DNA of 41,043 nucleotides. Source: a virus. Both the position numbers and the translations under genes were made by a program. Positions 33,503 through 40,738 of the stretch are shown here, piece after piece. The stretch lies in IMG/VR virus record IMGVR_UViG_3300021357_000001, one strand, 5' to 3'. A model generated the notes under the pieces. It saw only the letters and a program-made list of their open reading frames with translations, did no database searches and had not been told where the DNA came from. Every line of letters begins with the position of its first letter. Position 1 is the first letter of the stretch.

Positions 33503-34195
33503 TCACTTTTCCGTTTCATTTAACTCCTTCCTTTTTGCTAGGATGGTGGGGCCTACCCCCCTAACTTCCATCCATAACTTCTCTTCACAGGTTAGTGCAG
33601 TAACCAGGTTGTTGTTGCAGAGGAGGGCGATTTCCCTAGCAAGGCGTGGCCCGAACCGGCTCCCTTGCATCAATCGCCATAGTGCTAGCGCACATCCAGT
33701 CAGGGGTGGCTCAGCTTGCTTATCATGCCCTGCGAGTGGCGAAAGTAGGTGACGGCCTGGCTGCAAGGTTGCACGCAGCGCCCTCAGCATATCCCAGTAA
33801 TCACCTGGAGTGTCTGGTAGCCATGCCAGTACCACCCCTAACACCTGCATCTTCACCAAGTCCAGTGCCAACTTCTCCAGCCAAATATCTGGGAGGCCCC
33901 CCCTTAGCCCCAACACCCCTATGTCCGCTTCCAAAGCAATTCGCCTTAGTTGCCTCTGCATCCGATGGCTAAACCAACTATTTACCAGGTCAGGTGGCTT
34001 CTTCTCTTCAATCAGGATGAGCTGGCCCACCTGATTTACCATCAATATGTCGCCCACGGGCAACTGACATTTCTGTGCATCCACTGGCAATCCGTAGTCG
34101 TGCTGCCTTGAGTCAATGTACATGGTGGTGGCGGGGCCAAGTATACGCTCGCCCAGCAGCAACTGTCCATCCGACATCCTGTATACTCTAGCCAT
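33503..34195 (-). CDS. ERCC4 (XPF/Mus81)-type nuclease with C-terminal helix-hairpin-helix
   Basis: Contains IDSRQ, LPVGD and LIEEKKPPDLVNS...RMQRQ, which matches ERKxxxD. The C-terminus has VRGVGPTILAKR. Confidence 0.6.
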   Translation of the reverse strand: MARVYRMSDGQLLLGERILGPATTMYIDSRQHDYGLPVDAQKCQLPVGDILMVNQVGQLILIEEKKPPDLVNSWFSHRMQRQLRRIALEADIGVLGLRGGLPDIWLEKLALDLVKMQVLGVVLAWLPDTPGDYWDMLRALRATLQPGRHLLSPLAGHDKQAEPPLTGCALALWRLMQGSRFGPRLAREIALLCNNNLVTALTCEEKLWMEVRGVGPTILAKRKELNETEK

Positions 34196-35231
34196 GCAAG
34201 CTCACCAGTCTTCGACGTTTATCCTTCTTGTCTACTGTGCTGTGGACTTGGCCTGAGCGTTCTAGTGTCGCCCTGACGTTCTCGATGGTGCGACGACCCA
34301 GCCCACAAATCTCCGCTACCTCATCGTCGAGCGTACGTGGCGACATGCTCCCTCTTTCCAACAACTCCAGCATCACTGTGGCTGGGTCGGTATCTGCCAC
34401 CACCATCCTTTGTCCATCGAACCTGACTACACGGGCGGGGGGTAGGCCAGCCCTTCTCATCTTCTCCCATCTCAATATGACCTCCGGCCCATCCCTTGCT
34501 TGCCTTACTGCAAGGATGGTGTCAGGCCAGCCAATGAGATTGGAGTGGCCCCGCAGTCCTATATACCCATCCGAGTCGATGGAGATGGATGCTTTGGTCT
34601 GGTGATGGGTTAGGATGACAGACAAGTTGTATTTCTCTACCAGCCAGTCCCAATGCCCTAGGAAATCGCTGGTGGCCTGGTCGTCATTCTCTCCCCCACT
34701 CATAAACTGGTATATGGGGTCGATAATTAAGATGTCAGGCCCATACTTCTCCGCCAGCTCTGCCATGTGAACCCACCTTGCCTCGTTGATGAGCTTCCGG
34801 TCACGCCCTGCCATAATGATATGGAAGCGGCCTAGTGTGGGCTGGCCGGACGAAATACCCTTCGCTCTTGATGCGTACATCGCTGGTACGCCTTCCCCTA
34901 CCACATACAATACCTTGCATATTTGGGCAAAACTGTAGTTCAGCCAGTCTAGGCCAGCCGCAGCGCAATAACCAAGCTGCTGCATTAGGTAGCTCTTGTA
35001 GCTGCCTGGTGCGCCATACACGATGGCCCGACCTTGTGGGAATAGCACACCTGACTCACCCTCCGCCAGCAATGGTCTGTCTTCGGGCCAGTCCCCACCT
35101 ACCAAATCATCATGGTCAAGAACTGGCCACTCCTCACTAATCGAACTCCGGCGGGGGAGACGGCTGCGTGAGGGATTGTGACTGTCCTCCATCATCGAAG
35201 TCAAGTGGTAGCTGGACGGGAAGTACATCAT
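34188..35231 (-). CDS. RepA/DnaB-like RecA-fold helicase (AAA_25-type) with C-terminal wHTH
   Basis: Walker A GAPGSYKS, Walker B ILIIDPIY, and ILTHHQTK. The C-terminus has ICGLGRRTIENVRATLERSG. The start is uncertain (35231 or 35195). Confidence 0.65.
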   Translation of the reverse strand: MMYFPSSYHLTSMMEDSHNPSRSRLPRRSSISEEWPVLDHDDLVGGDWPEDRPLLAEGESGVLFPQGRAIVYGAPGSYKSYLMQQLGYCAAAGLDWLNYSFAQICKVLYVVGEGVPAMYASRAKGISSGQPTLGRFHIIMAGRDRKLINEARWVHMAELAEKYGPDILIIDPIYQFMSGGENDDQATSDFLGHWDWLVEKYNLSVILTHHQTKASISIDSDGYIGLRGHSNLIGWPDTILAVRQARDGPEVILRWEKMRRAGLPPARVVRFDGQRMVVADTDPATVMLELLERGSMSPRTLDDEVAEICGLGRRTIENVRATLERSGQVHSTVDKKDKRRRLVSLHG

Positions 35232-35433
35232 GTTTGTCGGTCAGGCCAAGCAGGTTGATGTATGGCTGGCCGTCGTGAAGGATGCCTCGTGCGTCCACCC
35301 CCAGCAGCTTGAACTCATTGACGATACGAAAGATGTCGGCCCGTTCAAACTGGATTGTCAGGTCAACCACGTAGTTGGGGGTGTGTCCGGCCTGCAACCG
35401 CCGCACCATCTCCGGTAAATCTGAAATCACCAT
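35137..35433 (-). CDS. Hypothetical protein
   Basis: 98 aa. It overlaps the helicase ORF by 59-95 nt, depending on which helicase start is used. Confidence 0.5.
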   Translation of the reverse strand: MVISDLPEMVRRLQAGHTPNYVVDLTIQFERADIFRIVNEFKLLGVDARGILHDGQPYINLLGLTDKHDVLPVQLPLDFDDGGQSQSLTQPSPPPEFD

Positions 35434-35660
35434 AACTCCTCTCCTATTAGGTCTGAGTCCTCATTTTCTGAGCACCCTTCTGTAATAACGTACTTTGGCA
35501 CACGCTTGCGATGGCTATAGCCAGCCAGGTATTCGTCTTGCAGGTATGGGCCTAGCGGCATGACGGGCAGGTAGAGTGGCCTAGCACACGCACAGCACAC
35601 CAGTGCACCCAACCATGCATCAAAGCAGAGCAGCCCCCCACATCTCATACAGTTCTTCAT
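35427..35660 (-). CDS. Zinc-ribbon protein
   Basis: 77 aa with CMRCGG...CCAC. Confidence 0.55.
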   Translation of the reverse strand: MKNCMRCGGLLCFDAWLGALVCCACARPLYLPVMPLGPYLQDEYLAGYSHRKRVPKYVITEGCSENEDSDLIGEELW

Positions 35661-35974
35661 TGCTCCTCCAAATCACTGAGTCCAGTCACACATCCCCGAA
35701 TGTTGGACTCAGGACGCCTAGCCCCCAAGTCGTTCGCATCAACAATACACCTTGCTTCGGCCTTGTTAATCCCAAATGCCTGGGATAGTATATCTGCTGC
35801 GAGTGGATGGGTACAGGGGTATACATAGCCAAGAAGGTCGGCCCCCACCCACCCAGCAAAACAGACTGGCCTACCAGTGAATATGTCGTGGAGCCTGTCC
35901 CGTCCGAGTTTAATGCCACGGGTATGCAGGCTAGTCAAGTAATCTAGGATTGTATTTTGTTGTGATGCGTTCAT
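35657..35974 (-). CDS. Early paralog family member A
   Basis: Shares these blocks with 35977, 36295, 37308 and 39576: IL-x-YL-x-L-x3-[IH]-x-L-x-R, P-x-C-F-A-G-[HW]-V, and AFG...EA..I..AN[DN]-x-G...PE..IR. Confidence 0.7.
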   Translation of the reverse strand: MNASQQNTILDYLTSLHTRGIKLGRDRLHDIFTGRPVCFAGWVGADLLGYVYPCTHPLAADILSQAFGINKAEARCIVDANDLGARRPESNIRGCVTGLSDLEEQ

Positions 35975-35976
35975 GG

Positions 35977-36276
35977 TTACTCCGAAACTGGGCAGAAGTC
36001 TAGGTACTTTCTTATCCCATCCTCTGGTCGTGGCCCGCCCACATCGTTCGCATGAATAATACCCGCTGCTTCAACCCGTTTAACCCCAAACGCTCTGGCT
36101 AGTACCTCGGTTGCTGAGTCATAGTATAGGTAGGGATAGTAAAAATCTTCCATTACGTGTCCAGCAAAACAGGCTGGTCTATTATTTTCGTACAGCTTGT
36201 GACGCTTGAGTTGAATGTGCCTACGTTCCAGGTCAGCCAGGTACTCCAGGATTGTCTCTTTCTGAATACTGGTCAT
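35977..36276 (-). CDS. Early paralog family member B
   Basis: Family blocks ILEYLADLERRHIQLKR, PACFAGHV and AFGVKRVEAAGIIHANDVGGPRPEDGIRKYL. Confidence 0.7.
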   Translation of the reverse strand: MTSIQKETILEYLADLERRHIQLKRHKLYENNRPACFAGHVMEDFYYPYLYYDSATEVLARAFGVKRVEAAGIIHANDVGGPRPEDGIRKYLDFCPVSE

Positions 36277-36294
36277 TTTTTCTCCTATCCGATT

Positions 36295-36597
36295 TCATAC
36301 TTGCTCTGGACAGAGGGCTAAGTATTTCCTTATGTTCTCCTCTGGTAGCCCGCCTTTATTATTCGCACGGACAATGCCTGCTGCCTCGCGACGGCTGATG
36401 CCAAATGCCAGGATCAGGATTTCGGTTGCTGGAAGATAGTTTTCCCACGGCAAGTAGTGGAGCAAGTCTGCTTCTACGTGCCCAGCAAAGCTGGCTGGTT
36501 CGTTTTTGTCATACAGCCAGTCGCGCTTGAGGTGTATGTGCCTAAATTCCAGGTCGTCCAGGTATATCAGGATTGTTTGCCTTTGAGTGTCAGTCAT
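36295..36597 (-). CDS. Early paralog family member C
   Basis: Family blocks ILIYLDDLEFRHIHLKR, PASFAGHV and AFGISRREAAGIVRANNKGGLPEENIRKYL. Confidence 0.7.
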   Translation of the reverse strand: MTDTQRQTILIYLDDLEFRHIHLKRDWLYDKNEPASFAGHVEADLLHYLPWENYLPATEILILAFGISRREAAGIVRANNKGGLPEENIRKYLALCPEQV

Positions 36598-36606
36598 TTT
36601 TTCCCC

Positions 36607-36891
36607 CTATCCAAATAGTATACCTAGCCCATTTGACAGGGCCATGAGTCCCAACATCACTGCGGGCCACAGAAGCCAGTGGAACACTACACCGATGGCC
36701 GAGAGGCCCACTGCCATTACCGTCCCAAGTACGACCTTTATTACTAACGTTTCGGTTGTTCCTAACTCAGCTATCCCCCGCAGTATAAACCAGTTGCACT
36801 CTACTCCGCCACCCCTTAGAATCAACCACGTTGTAGCTGAGTCAACTATGTTTGCCCCCACTAGCAAGGCTGCTGCCACACGAGTATCCAT
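36607..36891 (-). CDS. Multi-pass membrane protein
   Basis: 94 aa with 3-4 hydrophobic segments. The N-terminal part reads NIVDSATTWLILRGGGVECN. Confidence 0.6.
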   Translation of the reverse strand: MDTRVAAALLVGANIVDSATTWLILRGGGVECNWFILRGIAELGTTETLVIKVVLGTVMAVGLSAIGVVFHWLLWPAVMLGLMALSNGLGILFG

Positions 36892-36894
36892 CCC

Positions 36895-37092
36895 TCACCT
36901 TCGCATACGTGCCAGTATGTTATAGCGCATGTCTTCCAGTGCGTCTATCAACCTATCCAACTCGTACTCGGCGTGGGAAAATAGGTCAATCGCCTGCTCC
37001 CTGGATAGATGAGCAATCTCCGGTGATTGTAGGATGGACTCGTGGTTAGTGGGGTCGAGCCATTCCCTCGCTTTTTCTATCATCTCTCTCAT
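36895..37092 (-). CDS. Hypothetical small protein (paralog of 37107..37307)
   Basis: The block P-x-I-x2-LSR-x-[QE]-x-[IV]-DLF...L..L..A.E is shared with the neighbouring gene. Confidence 0.55.
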   Translation of the reverse strand: MREMIEKAREWLDPTNHESILQSPEIAHLSREQAIDLFSHAEYELDRLIDALEDMRYNILARMRR

Positions 37093-37106
37093 TACTATCC
37101 TCGCTT

Positions 37107-37307
37107 TCAGTAGTGTATTACCATAATCTTCAGTTCTTCCACCGCAGCCACCAGGCTATTCAGGTATTCGTCTACATCCCTAAACAAGTCAACTATCTCT
37201 TGTCGGGACAGCCCCTTTATCTGTGGCAACAACGCCCACCTTACGCTAGGCCCACCCATCAACTCCCATCTCGCAATTGCCATGACTATTTCTACATTAA
37301 CGTTCAT
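37107..37307 (-). CDS. Hypothetical small protein (paralog of 36895..37092)
   Basis: LPQIKGLSRQEIVDLF aligns with SPEIAHLSREQAIDLF. Confidence 0.55.
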   Translation of the reverse strand: MNVNVEIVMAIARWELMGGPSVRWALLPQIKGLSRQEIVDLFRDVDEYLNSLVAAVEELKIMVIHY

Positions 37308-37625
37308 CTAGCTCATCCCCCCTAGCCACGCCCTTATTCCCAGCTCCGGCGTTTCATACGACGCATCGTCATTCGCCTCGACCAACCCTTCCGCCTCTGC
37401 CTCAGACAGCTCGAATGAAGCCATCAACGCTTGTCCTGCTACCGATACCTCTAAAGTTCTTGTAAAAGGCTGTCCATACAATTTGTCTATGGATGCGTGT
37501 CCAGCAATACAGTTTGGCTTGGAGTCATCGTTGAACATGGCATAGCGCCCAAGCTTTATTCCTCTACCTTCCAGGTCGGCCATGTATGCTAGTATTGCCT
37601 CGTGGGTTTCCGCTTTCATGTCCAC
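37308..37625 (-). CDS. Early paralog family member D
   Basis: Family blocks ILAYMADLEGRGIKLGR, PNCIAGHA and EAEAEGLVEANDD...PELGIRAWL. Confidence 0.65.
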   Translation of the reverse strand: MDMKAETHEAILAYMADLEGRGIKLGRYAMFNDDSKPNCIAGHASIDKLYGQPFTRTLEVSVAGQALMASFELSEAEAEGLVEANDDASYETPELGIRAWLGGMS

Positions 37626-37650
37626 CCCTCTTTTTCTAAAATCTGGTTCA

Positions 37651-37679
37651 AGGATACCATGTCAGTCACACTTTGTCAA
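37651..37679 (-). promoter_or_regulatory. Putative sigma70-type promoter upstream of paralog D
   Basis: Minus strand reads TTGACA (37679-37674), a 17-nt spacer, then TATCCT (37656-37651). Confidence 0.4.
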
Positions 37680-37771
37680 TGAGGCAAAATGTTCGCAACA
37701 CCCTTTTGCGAGTAATTTTGCGTGTACCGTGTCTGTGTCGTTTCGACAGTCTGGTGCACCCACATCTGAAA

Positions 37772-37828
37772 CCTTGCATCCACCTTGCATTATTTGAAAT
37801 GAGTGGATACTATATATAGTATCCACTC
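37772..37828 (-). promoter_or_regulatory. 57-nt composite element, copy B (inverted relative to copy A)
   Basis: Palindrome GAGTGGATACTATATATAGTATCCACTC (37801-37828). On the minus strand it is followed by ATTTCAAATAATGCAAGGT, then GGAT, then GCAAGG. Confidence 0.85.
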
Positions 37829-38033
37829 ATGCGAGCTTACGGATGTGTTCCTGTACTTCCTCTGGACTCGTTTGGCAACGATTATTGTATTCTATCTGGT
37901 CACGATAATCTAGTGCCATTCCCACATCATCCATTGCTTGACTAAATATCAGACTGTCTTGTGGAGTGGGGGTGTTCCATACCCCATTCTCATACTTAGA
38001 GAACTGGCAGCCCCGTAACTGGGCTACTCTCAT
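37827..38033 (-). CDS. Hypothetical protein
   Basis: 68 aa. Its stop codon lies inside the palindrome arm. Confidence 0.5.
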   Translation of the reverse strand: MRVAQLRGCQFSKYENGVWNTPTPQDSLIFSQAMDDVGMALDYRDQIEYNNRCQTSPEEVQEHIRKLA

Positions 38034-38151
38034 AGCCGGTCAACGACGGCGACCCTTCCCAGGCACCAGACTAGCCCCCCTGGTAGTTACTGCCACACTC
38101 TTAATACCTGCCTTGACCTCTCGGACTTCCTCTTTAGTCAACATACCTCTC

Positions 38152-38328
38152 CTATACTATCCGTGCTATCGCCCAGGCTAGCATAGCCAGCCCATACACC
38201 AAAGCTAGTATTATACCGCCTCCTATAATCAGACCAAAGCACCCAAACGGTTGTCTCCCTTCCATGCTATCTACTCGGATGAGGGCCTGCTCGTAGTCCG
38301 AGTCGGTTATGCGAGACTTGACCTTCAT
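38152..38328 (-). CDS. Possible 58-aa C-terminally anchored membrane protein
   Basis: Not in the ORF track. AGGAGGG lies 4 nt upstream of ATG 38328. Translation is MKVKSRITDSDYEQALIRVDSMEGRQPFGCFGLIIGGGIILALVYGLAMLAWAIARIV. Confidence 0.45.
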   Translation of the reverse strand: MKVKSRITDSDYEQALIRVDSMEGRQPFGCFGLIIGGGIILALVYGLAMLAWAIARIV

Positions 38329-38347
38329 ATCGCCCTCCTGCGTAGGA

Positions 38348-38602
38348 TTAGTCCATCCTGGGAATTGGACGTTGGGTATAGACTACCTCCAAAGCACCGT
38401 CTTCCACCTCTTTAACACTGGTGCGAACAATACACTCGGAGAGTACGACTCTCAATGTCACTTCATTTCCTGTAATCAGGCTGATTATGTCTCCATCTAC
38501 CCATTCAAAGTCGATTGGTTCTTCCTGGAAGTGGTGTCGCAGTGCATAAAGTATGTTCGCCTCTACCAGTTGCTTGACCTGGAGTTTGAGTGAATCTGCC
38601 AT
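38348..38602 (-). CDS. Hypothetical protein
   Basis: 84-aa ORF. Confidence 0.5.
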   Translation of the reverse strand: MADSLKLQVKQLVEANILYALRHHFQEEPIDFEWVDGDIISLITGNEVTLRVVLSECIVRTSVKEVEDGALEVVYTQRPIPRMD

Positions 38603-38625
38603 ATCTTCCTATCTTCGCTGTTGTG

Positions 38626-38904
38626 TTACCAAGGGCCGTAATGCTTGGCTTTAAGCGCAAGGGTTAGAGCCTTTGTCTGCCCATACCGTTCGTGTTCCAC
38701 TGGGACGAATATCTCCGCAAACTCTTCCATCTCGAAGGTGATTCCTGATTGGGGTTCCCAGACATATATACCTTGGGCGTTTGTAAACTCTACCCATGCA
38801 TGGAGAGTCCCGTTTACCCTCCCGTGGACAAGGATAGTGTTCTCGTTTTGGTTATCCACGCATCTCCGCCATGCGTCTTGATAGCATGTTCCCGTAGGTA
38901 TCAT
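38626..38904 (-). CDS. Hypothetical protein with a Cys/His pattern (possible small papain-like fold)
   Basis: 92 aa with GGAGTGAG upstream. Contains TCYQDAW...LVHGRV...LHAWVE...VWEP. Confidence 0.5.
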   Translation of the reverse strand: MIPTGTCYQDAWRRCVDNQNENTILVHGRVNGTLHAWVEFTNAQGIYVWEPQSGITFEMEEFAEIFVPVEHERYGQTKALTLALKAKHYGPW

Positions 38905-38999
38905 GGCTCACTCCGAGGCCCCTTATGGGGCCTGCGTTCTTTGTGATAGTGTAATGTGCCGTCTGAGTTTCATTGTTCTACCTCCTCTCGCTTCTGGCC

Positions 39000-39152
39000 T
39001 TATCGGGCCTGTGGGCTAGTCTGTTGTCGGTTTTGCTCACAATTTCGACATAACTCTTTCCTGGCCCACCGCTGCCAGTCCTTTGCCGCCTGAGCATAGT
39101 CGAAGCGGGCTGTTTCAGTGTGCTTGCACTTGTATGTCAGTACGGTTATCAC
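39000..39152 (-). CDS. Possible 50-aa Cys-containing protein
   Basis: Not in the ORF track. GTG 39152 follows AGGGGGAAA. Translation is (V/M)ITVLTYKCKHTETARFDYAQAAKDWQRWARKELCRNCEQNRQQTSPQAR. Confidence 0.35.
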   Translation of the reverse strand: MITVLTYKCKHTETARFDYAQAAKDWQRWARKELCRNCEQNRQQTSPQAR

Positions 39153-39161
39153 TTTCCCCCT

Positions 39162-39377
39162 TTATTCAGGCCAATCTTTAAGGTCAGCCATGTAGACTTC
39201 CATAGCCCAATCCTTTGCGTCTTGCCTACACTTCCACGGCCCAGCCATTGTCGTGGTGACTGAGCTTGGGTCGGATGGATGACCTAGCATCTCAACTCCG
39301 TACCACTCTTCCCCTACTAGGTTGGCAGAGCGATATACGTCATGGTTTATATTTCTAGCCTCTAATCTGTTGTTCAT
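39162..39377 (-). CDS. Hypothetical protein
   Basis: Internal ATG 39377 follows GGAGAAGG and forms an ATGA overlap with the upstream gene. Confidence 0.5.
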   Translation of the reverse strand: MNNRLEARNINHDVYRSANLVGEEWYGVEMLGHPSDPSSVTTTMAGPWKCRQDAKDWAMEVYMADLKDWPE

Positions 39378-39583
39378 GCCTTCTCCTGGTCTATCTTTAG
39401 CTCCAGCTTGACTGGGCTGTGCAGGGATGGTAGTCTTCCTATCCTTAAGGCTTGGGCTATGTCCTTCCATACCTCGGCCCATCCCTCATCCTCATCGCAC
39501 ATCCCCCCACAAGTCAGCCATGACATCGGGGCAGTGACCCTAACTATTGCGTACCTGGAGTGTAATGGGCCTTCCTCATTCAT
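39374..39583 (-). CDS. Hypothetical protein
   Basis: ATG 39583 follows GGGAGAAG and overlaps the stop of paralog E by 8 nt. Confidence 0.5.
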   Translation of the reverse strand: MNEEGPLHSRYAIVRVTAPMSWLTCGGMCDEDEGWAEVWKDIAQALRIGRLPSLHSPVKLELKIDQEKA

Positions 39584-40010
39584 ACACTTCTCCCTTCTCA
39601 CTTGTCTTCATAACCCATCTTCGTATGGCTGGCGTACCACCCTGGTCATTACAGTTTATTAGGGCGACCACTTCTTTCACAGTAAGGCCGAAGGCCATTT
39701 TCCCAATCGCAGTAGTTGTTAATAGGCCCGTGCTGCTGAGACGGTTGTACTCCTCTGGACTCAGGGGATAGGTCAGGCCCAGCAAGTCCGCTCCTACATG
39801 ACCAAAGAAACAGACCGGCCTTCCATCCATATCATGCAGGGAACGCCTGCCTATCTCTACTCCCATTTCCATTAGGTAGTCCAGGTATGCCCCGATTTTC
39901 TCTGGCCCATTTTCCATATTCACAACGGCTAGGATGTCACACTGGCAAGCTTCTTCGCCGTGCATCTTGGGGTCAAGGCTTAGTGGGCAGTCGTTATAGT
40001 GCTCGCTCAT
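39576..40010 (-). CDS. Early paralog family member E (with a Cys-containing N-terminal extension)
   Basis: Family blocks IGAYLDYLMEMGVEIGRR, PVCFFGHVGADLLG and AFGLTVKEVVALINCNDQGGTPAIRRWV. AAGGAG lies 6 nt upstream of the start. Confidence 0.7.
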   Translation of the reverse strand: MSEHYNDCPLSLDPKMHGEEACQCDILAVVNMENGPEKIGAYLDYLMEMGVEIGRRSLHDMDGRPVCFFGHVGADLLGLTYPLSPEEYNRLSSTGLLTTTAIGKMAFGLTVKEVVALINCNDQGGTPAIRRWVMKTSEKGEVYE

Positions 40011-40013
40011 ACT

Positions 40014-40169
40014 CTACTCCTTACACGCAGCGTAAAACCTATAGGTATCGAAGTGTGGGTTAAACATTCGGCATACATCCGCTATTGCTACTATCACCTG
40101 GTCTTTAGTAGGGTTAGATGGGAGCATAGCGATTGCCAGGGCGATTGCCTTGAAGTGCTTCCTTGTCAT
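40014..40169 (-). CDS. 51-aa protein (paralog of 40188..40376)
   Basis: Not in the ORF track. GAAGGAGAAGG lies upstream. Translation is MTRKHFKAIALAIAMLPSNPTKDQVIVAIADVCRMFNPHFDTYRFYAACKE. Confidence 0.55.
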   Translation of the reverse strand: MTRKHFKAIALAIAMLPSNPTKDQVIVAIADVCRMFNPHFDTYRFYAACKE

Positions 40170-40187
40170 AGTCACCTTCTCCTTCAC

Positions 40188-40376
40188 TTAAAATCTGCCA
40201 GTATTTAGGAATGGCCCAAATATACTCTGTGCCCATATGATTTCATCTAGTAATTGGTATTTGGTGCGGCTGTTTGGCATTGCCATGATTCCCTCTATTA
40301 TCTGCTCCTGAGTAGGATTGACTGGTAGCTTTGCGACCAGCCTTTCGAGTATCTTGAGATGTCTCTTTGCAACCAT
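40188..40376 (-). CDS. Hypothetical small protein (paralog of 40014..40169)
   Basis: ATG 40376 follows GAGGGAAG. MVAKRHLKILERLVAKLPVNPTQEQIIEGI aligns with the neighbour. Confidence 0.55.
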   Translation of the reverse strand: MVAKRHLKILERLVAKLPVNPTQEQIIEGIMAMPNSRTKYQLLDEIIWAQSIFGPFLNTGRF

Positions 40377-40378
40377 TG

Positions 40379-40738
40379 TTATCTTCCCTCTCTGCATTTT
40401 GAACGCCAGATTGCCGCAAGTCCCTGTAATACTGAGTTGTCTGGATACAGCAAGTCAACCGGAGAGAGCAAGGCCAATATCCTGTCAGGACAGTTGTACG
40501 CACATGGCCCCATCCCCTCGTCCATATCCTGCCAGCCAAAGTTGAACTGCTCCCATCGTGGCCTGTAATTGGTAAATAACACTACTCCCATGACCAGCCC
40601 ATCATCCCTCTTGTACGCCATGTACGCCTCATGCAAGCTGGTGGTAGCTAGGTCTACTACATGAATCACTCCATATTCAGCCGTAAATACTTCCAGGTTA
40701 GTTAGGCCCGCCTTCCTATGTATGTATATCCAGCCCAT
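40379..40738 (-). CDS. Hypothetical protein
   Basis: 119 aa, containing FGWQDMDEGMGPCAYNCPDRILALL. Confidence 0.55.
   Translation of the reverse strand: MGWIYIHRKAGLTNLEVFTAEYGVIHVVDLATTSLHEAYMAYKRDDGLVMGVVLFTNYRPRWEQFNFGWQDMDEGMGPCAYNCPDRILALLSPVDLLYPDNSVLQGLAAIWRSKCREGR

Noticed and set aside
38916-38933. GC-rich hairpin AGGCCCC-ttat-GGGGCCT as an intrinsic terminator
   Set aside because: On the transcribed minus strand no U-tract follows it, and it sits only 11 nt upstream of the next gene start. It is more likely an RNA stability or processing structure, or it may be fortuitous.
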